Shown here in pieces: positions 13,331 to 26,440 of a DNA stretch of 64,000 nucleotides. The translations under genes were made by a program, and so were the position numbers. Source of the stretch: Lepidodermella squamata (taxonomy: Eukaryota > Animalia > Gastrotricha); the NCBI GenBank assembly GCA_047495785.1, contig JBLDXI010000007.1:3410001-3474000 (forward strand). Reading direction: 5' to 3'. Below the pieces are notes generated by a model. It worked only from the letters and a program-made list of their open reading frames with translations, had not been told where the DNA came from and made no database searches. The stretch's first letter is position 1; every line of letters starts with the position of its first letter.

Positions 13331-13410
13331 AAAATCTGACGCAGGCGGGAATCGAACCAGTGACCAGTGATCGCAATCACCTAACACGCACTCGATTGCG
13401 CCACCGGTCC
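13331..13410 (-). mobile_element. tRNA-derived SINE head or tRNA pseudogene (partial second copy at ~13565-13597)
   Basis: Minus strand GACCGGTGGCGCAATCG (A-box-like)...GGTTCGATTCCC (B-box) followed by a T-run; acceptor stem pairs poorly; embedded in cccgca-rich repeats (~13110-13960). Confidence 0.4.
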
Positions 13411-16037
13411 AATCAGAATAATCAGGGTGAAAACAGTTCATACCCCAAATTTCGATAACTCTTCAAGTATATTCCAGTCGACTACCTAGCCAGTTTTGGC
13501 AGTTTTCGACTAGTTGCCATTCCGGGCATTCGCGCCTATTGCGCCTATACTAAAAAAACTTCGAAAAGTCTGACGCGGGCGGGAATCGAACCAGCGATTA
13601 GCAATTAGAGAATTTTATACAACTTAGGCTCTAGCTGTGAAATAGCTTACTTTCCAGATGTGTAAATACTCGAACTAAACATTTGAATTTTGGTTTTCCA
13701 GCCGCGTAGTTTTGGCGGCAAAACACTTACGTGACATTAACGCAATCACCTATCACCTAGCATCAATCATCATAATCTACCAAGCCATCTCGCAAAGACG
13801 ATACAGATCATATGCGGATGACAGATGCGGGTTGATGTGCGGGATGGCTGCGGGATACTAGTGCGGGAGACGATCTGATATCCCCTGATGATGTGCCGGA
13901 CGATGCTGCAGCCCCTGCGGGATGTATCCCGCAAGTCATCCCGCACGTCCCGCACTGGTGCAAAGTTATGTTTTGCGTGACTCTTTTATTTGGCTTTTTA
14001 TCCACACGTTCCTCAGCAACATTTCCGAGCCATTAAGCCCCAGGCGGAAAAGCTTTATAAAGTTTGAAAACATTCTGAATTAATAAATGCTGTAATGGTT
14101 TGGCAAATGAGCCGCGGCGTCAAGAAAGAAATGACGCCATCGTTCAAGTTCTGATTGGAATACTCGAGCGATCAATATTTCTGTCGACATGGGTAAACTT
14201 ACCTGCGTCTCCTGGTCTCCTGACATGGTCGCGGGAGAATTTATGTCTCCTGCGGGTTCTTCGCTAGACATGTAAGTAGCCGCTTAGCGTCCCAGATTTC
14301 TGTAAGTAAGCGGAGAACTGAAACGTCCTTACGTTAAAGAATATCAAAGTAACAGTTTTTACACTTTATTGTTTTCAAGTTTCCGATTTGAAGTAATCGT
14401 CTATTTCATACTGTTTTAAAGAGTAGTGTAGGGGTTAGAACGTGGAGGCTCAAAGATAACTTAGAGTATATATCGATGGTTTTGCGCTAAAACAGACCGA
14501 TAGGCTGCATTCTGATATACGCCCATAAAAACTGTGCGGAGTATATGCGAGTATATGGTTATACACAGGGCTAATAGCATTTTGGTGCATGCACAAGAGA
14601 ATGCACTCAGACGAGAGCGATCGATTCTTCCGCAGTAACATGGTATATTTTTTGCGCATTTTGTTCTCTTGTTTTTTCATTTTTATCATCATTCTTTCTT
14701 AGATCTCCCGCATCATTTTTGCTGAAAGTAGGACATTGAAAGCATGTGCTTTAAATTACCCACGATTTTAGTAATTCTGACCTGGTCTGTTCATGGGACG
14801 GAGTAGGAATGATTTCCATAGTTGTCCATTTTAAATCGCAGCAAAATTTTCTTCTAGAATGATTAGAATCTCCGATAGATTGATAGAGGCTTCTTATCAG
14901 ATTCTTTAGGAGTTTAGTGAAATCTGAGCTTACCACAAAGTTAAACTCCTGTTTTGAGGTTTCAGCAAAAATTGGGTAGAAAGGTTGTTTCGGCTGAGAT
15001 TCTGAAAGTGGCTGCTGGCTACTCTGTTAGGAAAATATTCCATTATTTCGTTGTTGTGGCGTTTATCAAGCTGATAATGTGGTTTGGGCCCCTGGATAAT
15101 TTGAAACTATCGCCCTTTTCCTCAAACAACCACCTCCAAAACACAACACAACTTCTGATCAAAGATAGAAAGCCAAGTTTGTCGGTTTGGGGCTCAAACT
15201 CCACCTAGAACTTGACAGCTACTTAGACGGAAACTATAGACTTATCGATCGTGCGTGAATCCTACAAATCTACTAACGGTCGAAGGTCGAAGCCTTACGA
15301 ACAATCGAAACAGTCTCTTAATTAGATCTAACCAGAAGTACTCTTCATTGCCTTTTAAAATTTAGCATTTGGTATCAGACGCATGCCATCTTCACAATGC
15401 TTAGGAGCCGACTATTCCCATGATTGCTTTGGCCGCTGAGTAGCCACATCTTTACCATATATTACCGGTGAATGGCGGCCCATTCCAGAAGGGAGGATTT
15501 GCTTGGCGGTTTCACGCTTCCTGTCAACCCTTCCTGTCAGCTTGATAAACGCCGCATTCAATGCATGGATGATTGATGTTGCGGTTATTGGGATTGAACA
15601 CGGTGATTTTGAGATGCCTAGGCCGTTCGATCACATGCTACTCACGTGCTAGGGTCAGCTTTTATACGACTGGGATAACCCCATACCAAGTTTCTGCTGC
15701 AGTTAAAACTAACGCGATTTATTGGAATTTCTGGTTTATGTTTTGGCTGATAAATACCTTTCACAGCAATATACAAAGTGAACCTATCGCTTTGTTATGA
15801 TATTTAAAACTCCCGATTACTGGCCACTTTAACTTCCATCTTTACTCAGTTGGGCGATCCTTCATCGGTAGCTGTAAATCTGAGGTCATACAGCCTTAGG
15901 TCAAGAACAGAACTTCTCAGATTGGCAATTCGGCTTTCGACAACTCCCTGTTTTCTATCCTTGACATTTTAATTTATGACGCTTGTCATTTAGGACTAAA
16001 GCATTCAACGTTTCATTTTTAACAACGATTTGAGCTG

Positions 16038-17949
16038 ATGACTGATAACGACCATTGGCTGAAACAGTTTCCTCCGAGGATAGTGGATTCCAGACACCGC
16101 CCATCCAAACAAGCGATGGAAAGAAAACGCAAGCGCAACTCTGGGAAACCCTACCGTCAGTCAGATAAAGGGGTTAGCGCTAAGTTTAATTCCGGTCGTA
16201 AGCCTGTTTACTTAAAGTGTGGTTGCTGGCGTAAATGCTCCTTGAAATTCAATGAAAATTCAGTCAAACAATGCTTTAACACTTACTGGTCCCGAGCATC
16301 TATCGACGCTAGACGAGCATTCATCAACCGTTACGTCAGTTATAAACAGAAACGAGAGAATGGTCCTCGAAGATTTGATTATTACTTACCAGGCAACTAC
16401 TTGGCAACCCCTTCGCCTTCACAATCTAGGGACTCAATCGAAGTATGCAGGTCTTTCTTTCTGAAGGCGCTCGATGATAACGCTTTTATAACGCAAATAC
16501 GCTTTTATAAACACAACTGTTGAGAAAAAAGTCGAAGACGGCTTCTACATCATACCAGATCAACGCGGTCGCCATAAGCCGCCGAATACCACCAGCGATA
16601 ATTCTTACAAATTTGTTTATCAGCACATCGCTTCTTTCGAGCGATTAGACAGTCATTATGCGAGAAGTCAAACTAGCAAGCAATATCTCGGGTCCGCGCT
16701 CAATCTGAAGGAAATGCATCGAATGTACTGCATAGCACACCAAAACTGGGCTCTGCGTACTGATGAGAAACCCGTCAAATACGCTACTTACCGATCCATA
16801 TTCAAGAGATCTTTTCCCAATCTCGCTTTCAGTCATCCGAAGAAGGACACCTGCAAGAAATGCACACGATTTGCGACTTTGCCGGATGAACTGTTCACCC
16901 ATGAAGTGATCGTGGAGAAACGGAACCACGAATCCAACAGAGACGCTGCAAGAGATGCCAAGAATGCTGACAAAATTCTAGCAAAACAGTCGAAAGGATT
17001 GATCTTGTGCATCCAGTTTGATATGCAGTCAATCCTCGAAAGCCCTTGCTGCTCGATAATGTACAAAAAAAAGTTCCACACCTCAAACCTGACTTTCTAC
17101 GATACTTCATCAAAAGATGTCTACTGTTTCATGTGGGATCAAACAGAAGGGGGTCGTGGGACGGATGAAGTTGGTTCATGTCTCTATAAATTCATCACTG
17201 AAATGATTCCTGACGAAGTTGAGCAGTTGATTCTATGGAGCGACAGCACTGGAAGCCAAAACAAATCTCAGTACATTGTCAACGCTTTATTCGCAGCCTT
17301 GTCCAATTCCAAAGGTAATCTCAAAGTCATCGATCACAAGTTTTTCGAGCCGGGCCACTCGCAAATGGAATGTGATTCCGTGCATGCCACTATTGAAAGG
17401 GAAGCTAAGAAACGAGTCAACATCAGCTATTCAACGGAATGGAGAGAAATCGTGGCCGCGTCGCGGAAGGCTCCGATTGATGCTGATCTGAGACTCGAAG
17501 TGTACGGCGAGGAAACACCAAACCGCTTGAAAGTGAAACCATACAGCATAACTGAAATGCAATTTGCAAGCTTCTTCAGCTTTGACAAGTCACCAAAGTT
17601 CGCTCAGTATTTGCAAGACGAACAGAAAAATGATGTTAAATGGTCGGAGCCATGTTGGTTCAGATACGAGAAAGACTACCCTAATTATCTCCAAACCAAG
17701 AAAACTTTCGACTTGGCTTTTCATACTTTCGTCGCCAAGCGCTACAACAAAGACGTCATTTTGTTTCCTTTCCAACTTGTTCAAAAATACGAAAAGCGAT
17801 TGCCGATCGAATCCAGTCTTAAGAAGGATCTCATCGAAATGGTCAACAAAGGCACCATTCCAGAAGCTTATCGCTCAGTCATAATGGCTTACGAAGAAGA
17901 CGCAGACAAACCTACTGCTTGCAGCATTGACGCTAAACCTCCGCCGTAA
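16038..17949 (+). mobile_element. Frameshifted DDD/E DNA-transposon transposase (Sola-like, tentative)
   Basis: Motifs CxCxxxC, DQRGRH, SHYAR, PKKDTCKKC, FDMQ, WDQTEGGRG, WSDSTGSQNK, GHSQMECDSVH. The two ORFs are joined by a +1 shift at a 12-bp direct repeat (16480-16510). TIRs not identified. Confidence 0.75.
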
Positions 17950-18662
17950 CATTACGCCCTCGAAACTTGGATGGATATGACTACTTGAAAGCGTTTCAAA
18001 ATTATTAAAACAAGCTTATTGTTGAGAGTTTGAACTGTGTTTTACTCGAGCTGTCTAAGAACGATTCAGTCCATGAGTTTCTGAAACGTTTCCTCCATGA
18101 TTATCTCGGAATTCCCAGCGCAGATACCTCAGAATGACCGCAGTATCGAAGATATTTGTTGGTCATTATTTGTCCAGTACATATATTTTTTTCACACAGA
18201 ATACAATGGGCTATATCTTACTACATGTGTGCGTAGTACTATTTATAGTGCGTAGTACTCTGGATAGGAATTTTTTCATTGGCTCCTTATAGCGCAAAAT
18301 CATCGATATATATGCATATTTCTTAGGATTCTTTTTAGCGGCCTGCGTGCCCTTTTGATTCTGAAATTGATTTTCAAAATAAAATTATTTTTATCATTAT
18401 TATTAAAGATATGGTGTGTAAGTATTCATATTTAATGCGGATGTGAACCATCGCTTGGGGATAATTTAGTGGGGGCGAAAAGTTGAGAGGGGATGCTAGC
18501 GTGCGGCGATACGTTCAGACTCCGCCATCTCACTAGGTGGTAATAGATATTAAATAAAATATGCATAGACACAGACTGAAAATCGTTTATTTTAAATGAA
18601 GATGTGGATCATTACGTGGGAATAATGAAGTGGGGGAGAGACGATGGATGTTCGGTATTTCT

Positions 18663-21324
18663 CTAGGCGCTAAAAGCTACAAAATAGGCGTAGACATTGA
18701 CGGCAAGGAACGTGTCCATCGCAAAAAGAAAGACAGCTAGGTCACAAGCTCGGGCGATACTCAGTGGCTTCAAACAAGAAGGTAATTCACGCTTCCGATG
18801 CATCATCCACGGGAAGCGAGCCGCTAGACAGTAGATAACAGTTTCGTACAGCGTAATCACGCCGGTAAGCCCAGCCATAATCAGAATATACTCAGCCATC
18901 AGGACCGATTCGGACGTTTCAGGTATCAGTTGCATAACATCAGATTCAATGACGATCAAACTCAAGAGAAGGGTAGCTGAGAAGGCAGCCCGATCAGGCA
19001 CATCTGGCTGAAATAGAAAAGACCCCAGAACCAGCAATAGAAGAATCAGAGACGGTGCGAGACTGTTAACCAAATATGGAGCTGATTTTCTCGAAAACGT
19101 GACTGTAAATCGAGCGTATCCGGATGTCTGTTTCTTCCGCATAAGAGACCTTGTCGTTCCATACATCGAGCTAGCGGATTCAAGATTCCACAGCTCACTT
19201 TCGAATGAGCCATCAAAAGCCAGCTGTGTGCCTGCTACATTCAAAAACTGATCAGATTCCTCGAGTACAAATGTGAAATCACATTGCTGCGAGTCGAACG
19301 GAAATTTACGAAGCCTCAAGAGACACTGAGCATTTAAGATACCGAAGCGTAGCCAGTGGAAAAATAATGTGCGATTAGGCGTTGTTGGGTAGTATACAAT
19401 CTGAACCTGTTCTCGAAATCCAGTCTCCATGTATATATCGGTGGACGTATTGGCAAAGCGAAGGAAAGGAGTCCATACATCACCCCTATCAACAGTGTAT
19501 ATACGATCAGGATCTGAAACCCCGGGCGCAGTAATATCGGCTGGACAAGATGTAACAGTCCACTGAACTAACAAGCATCCGCCGACGGATATCTCGCGAG
19601 CTTTAGCATCAATGTCGACCAAACGCTGCATTTCCAAGGTAACGTAGACTTTCGTTCCAAACGATGGAGACCTTCAATAATAAAGTAAAAAGTAATACGA
19701 TATCACGGAGTTTGAATCACGAATATTACTTGGCCAGTGGGCTTATGGATTTGCATGGCTTCACGTCCTCAACAGATATTTTGGGAAGTATGTTGCCGTC
19801 TATCATTTCTGGGATTGGGAAATTGTAGTCGTTTTTCTCGAACGTATAGGTAGCTTCATGCTTTGTAGTCGATGGAAGTTCAGCTGGGGTACTGATCAAA
19901 GTACTTGTCGATTGCGTGGTTGTCGTAGTCGAAGAACTAATTGACGGACTTGTGGTTCTTGTAGTGGTCAAAGGGGCGGTACTGCTCCACTGGGTTGAGC
20001 TTGATGGCGAGCTAGATTGAGTTGTAGTCTGTTTAGTTGTAGTACTGGTTGGAGTGGCGGTAGTCGAAGTCGGAGAGGTCATTGCTATGGTAGTTGTTGG
20101 CTTGGTCGTTGTCACAGCACTAGTTGACGGGCCCGTTGTCGATGGCGCTGCCGAAGTGGTAGACGCTGCTGTTGTTGTCGTAGTTGTAGGCTCAGTAGTT
20201 GTAGTTGTTGAAGTACTGGTTGAAGGAGGTGTGGAAGTCGTCGCGGCTGTTGTTGTTGTAGTCGTTGTTGTAGGCATCGCAGTAGTAGTTGGTGTGGTCG
20301 TAGTTGAAATACTCGATGTTGACGGGCTTGATGCAAGAGTCCAGAATCTGAAGTTCTTCATGTTATAGTACCCTCTTTTCGCATTGCAATAGGTCATCGC
20401 TCTCAGCTTCACATATCCAGAAGATAAAATATCTGCAAATCCGATGATGCTCACGTCGCTGAAACACGTCGAGACCTGTGAACTAGATGCGATCCCAACA
20501 GACAGCATATCACCGTAAACTTGAATGATCATTTTGAAATCCACGTTCCCGGTCCAGTCGAGGATGGTCCCGCCACAACCGGGTGATGATATGGCAACAT
20601 TTGGCGAACATGGCAAGTGGCAAGTCGATGAGGCCGTGGGCGCATACCATGCGTAGACCTTTCCATTTGGCATCAGCTCCTGAAACACGCCGAATCCTTC
20701 AACGTAGTCAATTTGATCATAACAGCCGCTGGATGGGGCTACGATACAAATATTTATACATTTAAGCTTACAGAAGGTGAGCGTCACGTACTGGGGTAGT
20801 TGGGCGACGTACTTGAGAATACCATCGCAAGCCAAGCTCTTGAAGATGCAGTATTGCTGGTATTGTAAACAGCTGTAATGTCAATTTCAGCTCGCCAGTT
20901 CTCAACGCTCCCATCAATTACCTGAGGATAAGGAAGTTTGAGGATCAGCGCTTTTAGGCCCTTGCGAACGCAGAATTAAGACTTTTGTTTTCTCTTACCT
21001 CGTCTGAAGAGATTCTGCCATACTCCTTATATGGACCCATGTCGCCTAGTTGATAAGCGGAGCCCAAATCAAAGACAGTATCATAATCATACACCGTCAT
21101 AGACTGTGAAATGCTTGAATCTGCTTTATCGAACGAAAATGCAGGCGAGTAGGTCACATTTCCGGCGAACATATAGGGCAGCGGGAAGCTTGCAACGTCA
21201 GGTGTTGGGGTGATCACCGAACCTAAGTATTTAATTTCATCAAACATCTAGGTTGTATTAAAACTTGAAGCTCACCTGAAGTACCGATGCAGGCCATCAT
21301 CGTCAGGGAAATGAGCAGATACAT
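18663..21324 (-). CDS. G2: single lectin-like domain - mucin stalk - Cys-loop channel fusion (apparently intact)
   Basis: MYLLISLTMMACIGTS signal exon; domain A (TPDVASFPLPYMFAG...NFRFWTL), ~155-aa Thr/Ser tract, then directly YTFEKNDYNFPIPEMIDGN and channel exon CLLRLRKFPFDSQQC + 4 TM. Confidence 0.85.
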
Positions 21325-22367
21325 GGCGTGTTATACTTTTGGGATGAGAAATTTGTGTTGATAAAGATTTTAGCCTACTGAAATTTGTTATACTTAAATT
21401 TTGCTATTTGCGAGGTGTTGTGAATTATTGAATGCTACCATTAGTGTGAGGTTCGTGTTGAGCAAGCGATAGTTTGCTATTTTGACAGAGCAACAGGACT
21501 TTAATCGACAATGTTGTAGGAGGGATGCCGATTTTCAATCCATCATCCTCCTCTTAGCTCCTCCTGATCACCCACACTTAGCTTTTAACCCTCAGCCCCC
21601 GCCTTGCGTCGAAGCTAGAATATCAAAACATTTCCCCCGGCGAGACTTCAGGTCGGACACTCGCTTCCCCGGATTATGATCTCATGCATCAGAAAATATT
21701 TGAATGTTTCGGGTAATATTGGCCGAAGAAAGAGATGATTCCAGCAAAAAAGAATACTCACCTAATTCTGAAAATGACAAAAAGACAGACACTGTCACCA
21801 TGAAATAGGTATAAACCTCGTTATTTACCTGATAAGCGTCTAGGTAGTATCGGTGGACATTCAGCGCAGTGAACATATTCGTGGAGTCAAATAGTTGGTA
21901 TTAGTCCGCTCCGAGGTCCTGCCCTTCGGCCTAGCTCCGCTGGATCTCGGCATCAAATTTTCGCATTGACGCAACAACCTTCGTGCGCAGTACGCAGCAT
22001 TTCCCGATACGCGACATTTTAGCCATTTCCTTTTGATTCACGAAAAGCGGCCCTATTATCCTAATACAAACGAAGATTCTGCCGATGAGATGCGATTTTT
22101 CACAAATTTATTTTTTACTACCTTTACCTAATATTTTAACACTTAGTTTGATATCATTATTGTATTAAGCCTTGTACTATATAAATGCAGGCAACTTCCT
22201 GAAAGGCCAGCTTCATTTTTCAAAACGATGGCCTTCGTCGAATCAGACACGGTTCAAGCTGAGGCTTAAATTCTTCAATAAAACGTGTTTCAGTACTTCA
22301 AAATTCATGATGTTTCGGCTCCAGTGATAGCTGACAGCTTCGGAAACTTGTTGGTTCGGAGACTGAG

Positions 22368-25300
22368 TTAGAAAACAACCATACTCGCATATACATTAAT
22401 AGTTAGGAAAATAGTAAGGCTGACTAAGAACATAGAAAAGTCTATTGCTCGAGCGTGGGTAAAGGGCGCCGAGCAGATAGATATCTGCCACCTCCAGTCA
22501 TTCAAATGCTTATTGTGAGAGGTTGCCGCAAGCATAGCTGCTTCATACAGGGCCAAAGCTGCTGCAAGACCGCAGAGACACAAAATATACTCGGCCATAA
22601 GAACAGACTCTGAAGTCTCAGGTATATCCTGCAAGACATCAGATTGCGTGACAATCAAACTGAGAAGAAGGGTGGCCGTAAATGCTGGTCTATCTGGAAC
22701 ATCCGGCTGAAATAACAGGGAACCGAACACTAGAACCATCAAGATGGCACATGGAGCAATATTATTGATGATGTAAGGCTCGGGCCGGCGTGAAAAGGAG
22801 ACTGTGAAGATTGAGTATCCTGACGTTGAATTGCGCCTCAGTTGCGATGCGGTGATACCATAGGCCGAAGAGGCCGCTTCTAGTTTCCACAGCTCACTAT
22901 CGAACGAGCCATCAAATGAAAGCTTAGTTCCATCGAAGCTAACAAACTTATCCGCTTCGTCTAGCAGGAACGTGAAATCGCATTTCTGTGAGTCGAACGG
23001 GAATTTCCGCAGTTTCAGCGAGCATTTCGATGTGATAACGCCGAATCGCATCCAGTGGAAAAACAGCGTTCTATTAGGAGTTGTCGGATAGTAGGCAATG
23101 TGGATCTGTTCCTTCCATGTCGCATTATTCTCGAAATAGAGATCTATAGTTGTGTTGGCGAATCTGATACTAGGAACCCAAACGTCAGACCTCTCAGCTG
23201 TGTAAATCCGATCAGCTTCGTCAACGTTGGGAGCCGTTACTTCTCTGGGGCAACAATTTACCATCCACTGAATAATGACCAAAGCTCCTGCTGATATAGC
23301 ACGAGCTCTTGCATCGATATCGACCAACGTCTTGAGTTCAAGGGTCATGAAGATCTTCGATCCGACCGTTGGAGCTCTTAAAAAAGTTATAAAATGTGAA
23401 TTGTAAATCAAGGGAGATTTCGATATTGTTGATTCTTTCTTCTAATTCTATATAATGAGATTTATACCTGTTAATTGGAGCAATATATTTGCAAGTACTG
23501 AGGTCTTGCATCTGAACGAGAGGAAGTATATTCCCGTCAATCAAGTTCGGAATGTTGAATTCTGATGCGTTCATCTTGAAGTCGTAAGTCCGCATTGCCG
23601 GCGTTGTTGGCTGTGCCGTTGTTGATGGTGATGATTGCAAAGACCACACGTGCATGTTCTTCACTGCAGCATCTGCGTTCATACCATCAACTCCATAGAT
23701 TTGAACCGTGGCGTTACCACTAGATATTTGATCACTTAAACCACTGATGTTTACATTGGAGAAGAGAAGTTCTGAACTCGAGGCTGCTCCGCCTGTCAAG
23801 GGAGCTATTGAAACCTGACGCAAATAGGCATTCATCAACAAAGGACGCTCAGACATAGAATAGAACATACTGAAGCCGAATCTCCAGCGCTTTGAATGAT
23901 AAGTCTCAAATCAGCCGTTCCAGAACTGTCATTTGAAGCTTGTCTTTTCGCTCGACTAATGAATGAATCAACCATAGGGCTAGATTCATATCGATAAGAC
24001 AAGGGCACGCTTTGGCCGTCAGGTTTGATTTGTGGCTCATAGGATAAGAAAGCTTTGCCGCTAGGCCCCATTTGCAAAGATAGATGAAGACCGTCGTAGT
24101 TACTAAACGTGTTTTTCTTCCCATTCGAATCAGTACCTTTTTGCATTTAAACTAGAGCTATTTTAAATGAAAAATAATGGATAGCATACCGACTACTGGT
24201 GGTGATGTTGTGATACCAAAAACGAGATACCCGTAGGACGAAGGGTTGTACTTGGAAGTTATATCTGTTTCGATACGGAATCCTGTTGAAGCAATACTCC
24301 GAATCAGTGGTGTCTTGATGTCCAAGTAGCCAAAATCGACTTTTTGGTAGCTGTTAAGCTGGATTCCACCCGGCGTAACGACTGCTCCGGATTGCAATAC
24401 CATTACAGCTGTTGCGTTGAGTGAAGCGTTGATGAGGTTGAATGAGTTTTGGCTGAGAAAAACTGGGTTACCGGCTGACAAGTAAGGCAAACTCATCGAT
24501 GCGACATCAGGATCAGGCACTGAGGACCCTGTGGTGGTGGGTGCACTCGTCGTAGAGGATTTCGTCGTAGTTTTCGAGGTGGACGTTGAAGACGAAGGAC
24601 TTGTTGCTGGGGTAGTGCTTTTCGATGTCGTGGGTGGGGTTGATGATGTACTTGTAGTCGGGCTAGTTGTTGCTGTCGAGGTTGTAGTACTTGAGGCTGA
24701 AGTGCTTGGAGTGGTAGTAGTACTTGAGGAGGGTGTCGAGCTAGTGGTGGTGCTACTCGATGATGCTGGAGCGGTGGTCGTTGACGTAGTTGTAGTCGTC
24801 GTTGAGGTTGAAGCAGTTGATGGGCTTGCATTCAGTTTCCATAATTTGAAGTTTCTCACAGTGTAGTAACCTAAGTTCAGTTGACGATAAAATGTCATTT
24901 TTTGTATTAGGACTCGGCTCTCGAATTCAACAGCTATAGGTATAAAGATATTCTCAAAACGCACCGGATTCTCCGCAAACCCCTATCCATCGAATTTTCG
25001 CGCTGCCTCCACCAACAATAGCCCCAGTACCTGTCGCTACAACATCACTCAAGCAGATTGAGGTTACCGTCGTCCCGTTTGCTGGCAGCGAAGCTATCGC
25101 TACAGTTACTTTATCGTTGTAGACCTGAATAATCATTCGATAACTGTGTGACGCGGTTGCCGAAGTGAACAGAGTTGAGCTCCCACAAGCAGGTTGAGAG
25201 GTCTGGATCGGTGGAAATGGAACTGACCCTGTTGTACCGGATGCGGAATACGACGCGGAAACCCTACCGTTTTGACCTAGTTCTTGCCAAACAGCTAGGC

Positions 25301-25812
25301 CCGTTATACCGGAACCAGTAATGCTTGTAGAGCAAGATGCTGATTCAGAATTTTTATCCCTATATAATTAGGTCTGGCTGAAAACGTTAACTTACTAGTA
25401 GATTGGCCGTAACTTGTTGATGAGAACGTGATTCCATAGTAGGCGCCGAGGCCTGTATAGTCAGTATCAATGTCGATCTCTGCTCGGAAATTGTTGTCAC
25501 CAGCTGGAAAACTGTTACTTAAATGCAGGCGTCCAACTTCACTAGCCGGGTCATTTATCTGTATTCCAGCTGACGTTTGCCCAACAACCGAGAATGTGCT
25601 GAAGAAAGTTTGCGAAACAGTGACTCCGTCGAAAGACACCGATGTCTCATAGGTTGGTGTTCCGGCGAACAAATACGGCAATGGCAACGAAGCGGTGTCG
25701 GGACTTTGCGCCACAGCTTCAAAGGTAAAACACATTATCTTGCCGTAGCCTAATAAGTAGCTCACGCGTTACCTTCAATCGCCAGGAACAATATCGCCAC
25801 GATAACCTCCAT
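22368..25812 (-). CDS. G3: lectin-like x2 - mucin - Cys-loop channel fusion (apparently intact)
   Basis: MEVIVAILFLAIE/AVAQSPDTASLPLPY; short GT-AG introns join the ORF fragments in frame; CSLKLRKFPFDSQKC; M2 PDRPAFTATLLLSLIV. Confidence 0.85.
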
Positions 25813-26440
25813 CCTTCAAATTTTGTGAAAAACTTGCAAATGAAATACTCTCAAGAGCTTTTAAGCCTACTTTCAAGCTAACTTCATGCATTATTGACTA
25901 GCTTTTCAGTTGGCTGCTTTTCAGTGGCTGCACTCACTCTTGGCGAGGGGAGCATTTTTAGAATTGTCGTAGTCTTTGTACCATCGCATCTATCGATTAA
26001 TCGCCATACAGTCGTCGTAATGAGCCATGGTGAACTGTGACTCCTCCGTAAAAGCAATGACTTTTTTCAAGTTGGGATTGCGGTGTTGATCAGCAAAATT
26101 CTTCCTTCGTCGCGTTGGAGCTATAATTCATTCGAATGGTTGATAATTATCAATATCTCTTGTTTTTTGTTTGGTCAGAGAGTGATTAAAATTGAATTCA
26201 AAAACCTGATTTACATTGCATTCAATTGATGGAAATTGGGAATAATCATAATATTCTAGAATGCGTGCCATCGATCATCGATCTAGGCTTTTAGGCCCTA
26301 TGGGTATTGCTTGTGGTGCGGAACCACGCCTACTCATCTGAAAAATAAAACGCCGTGATTAACTCTGATTCATTTGACAATATTTAATATTTTGAAACTT
26401 CATTTGAGTATCCAAAAATAATGTACTCCACCTCCTGAGA

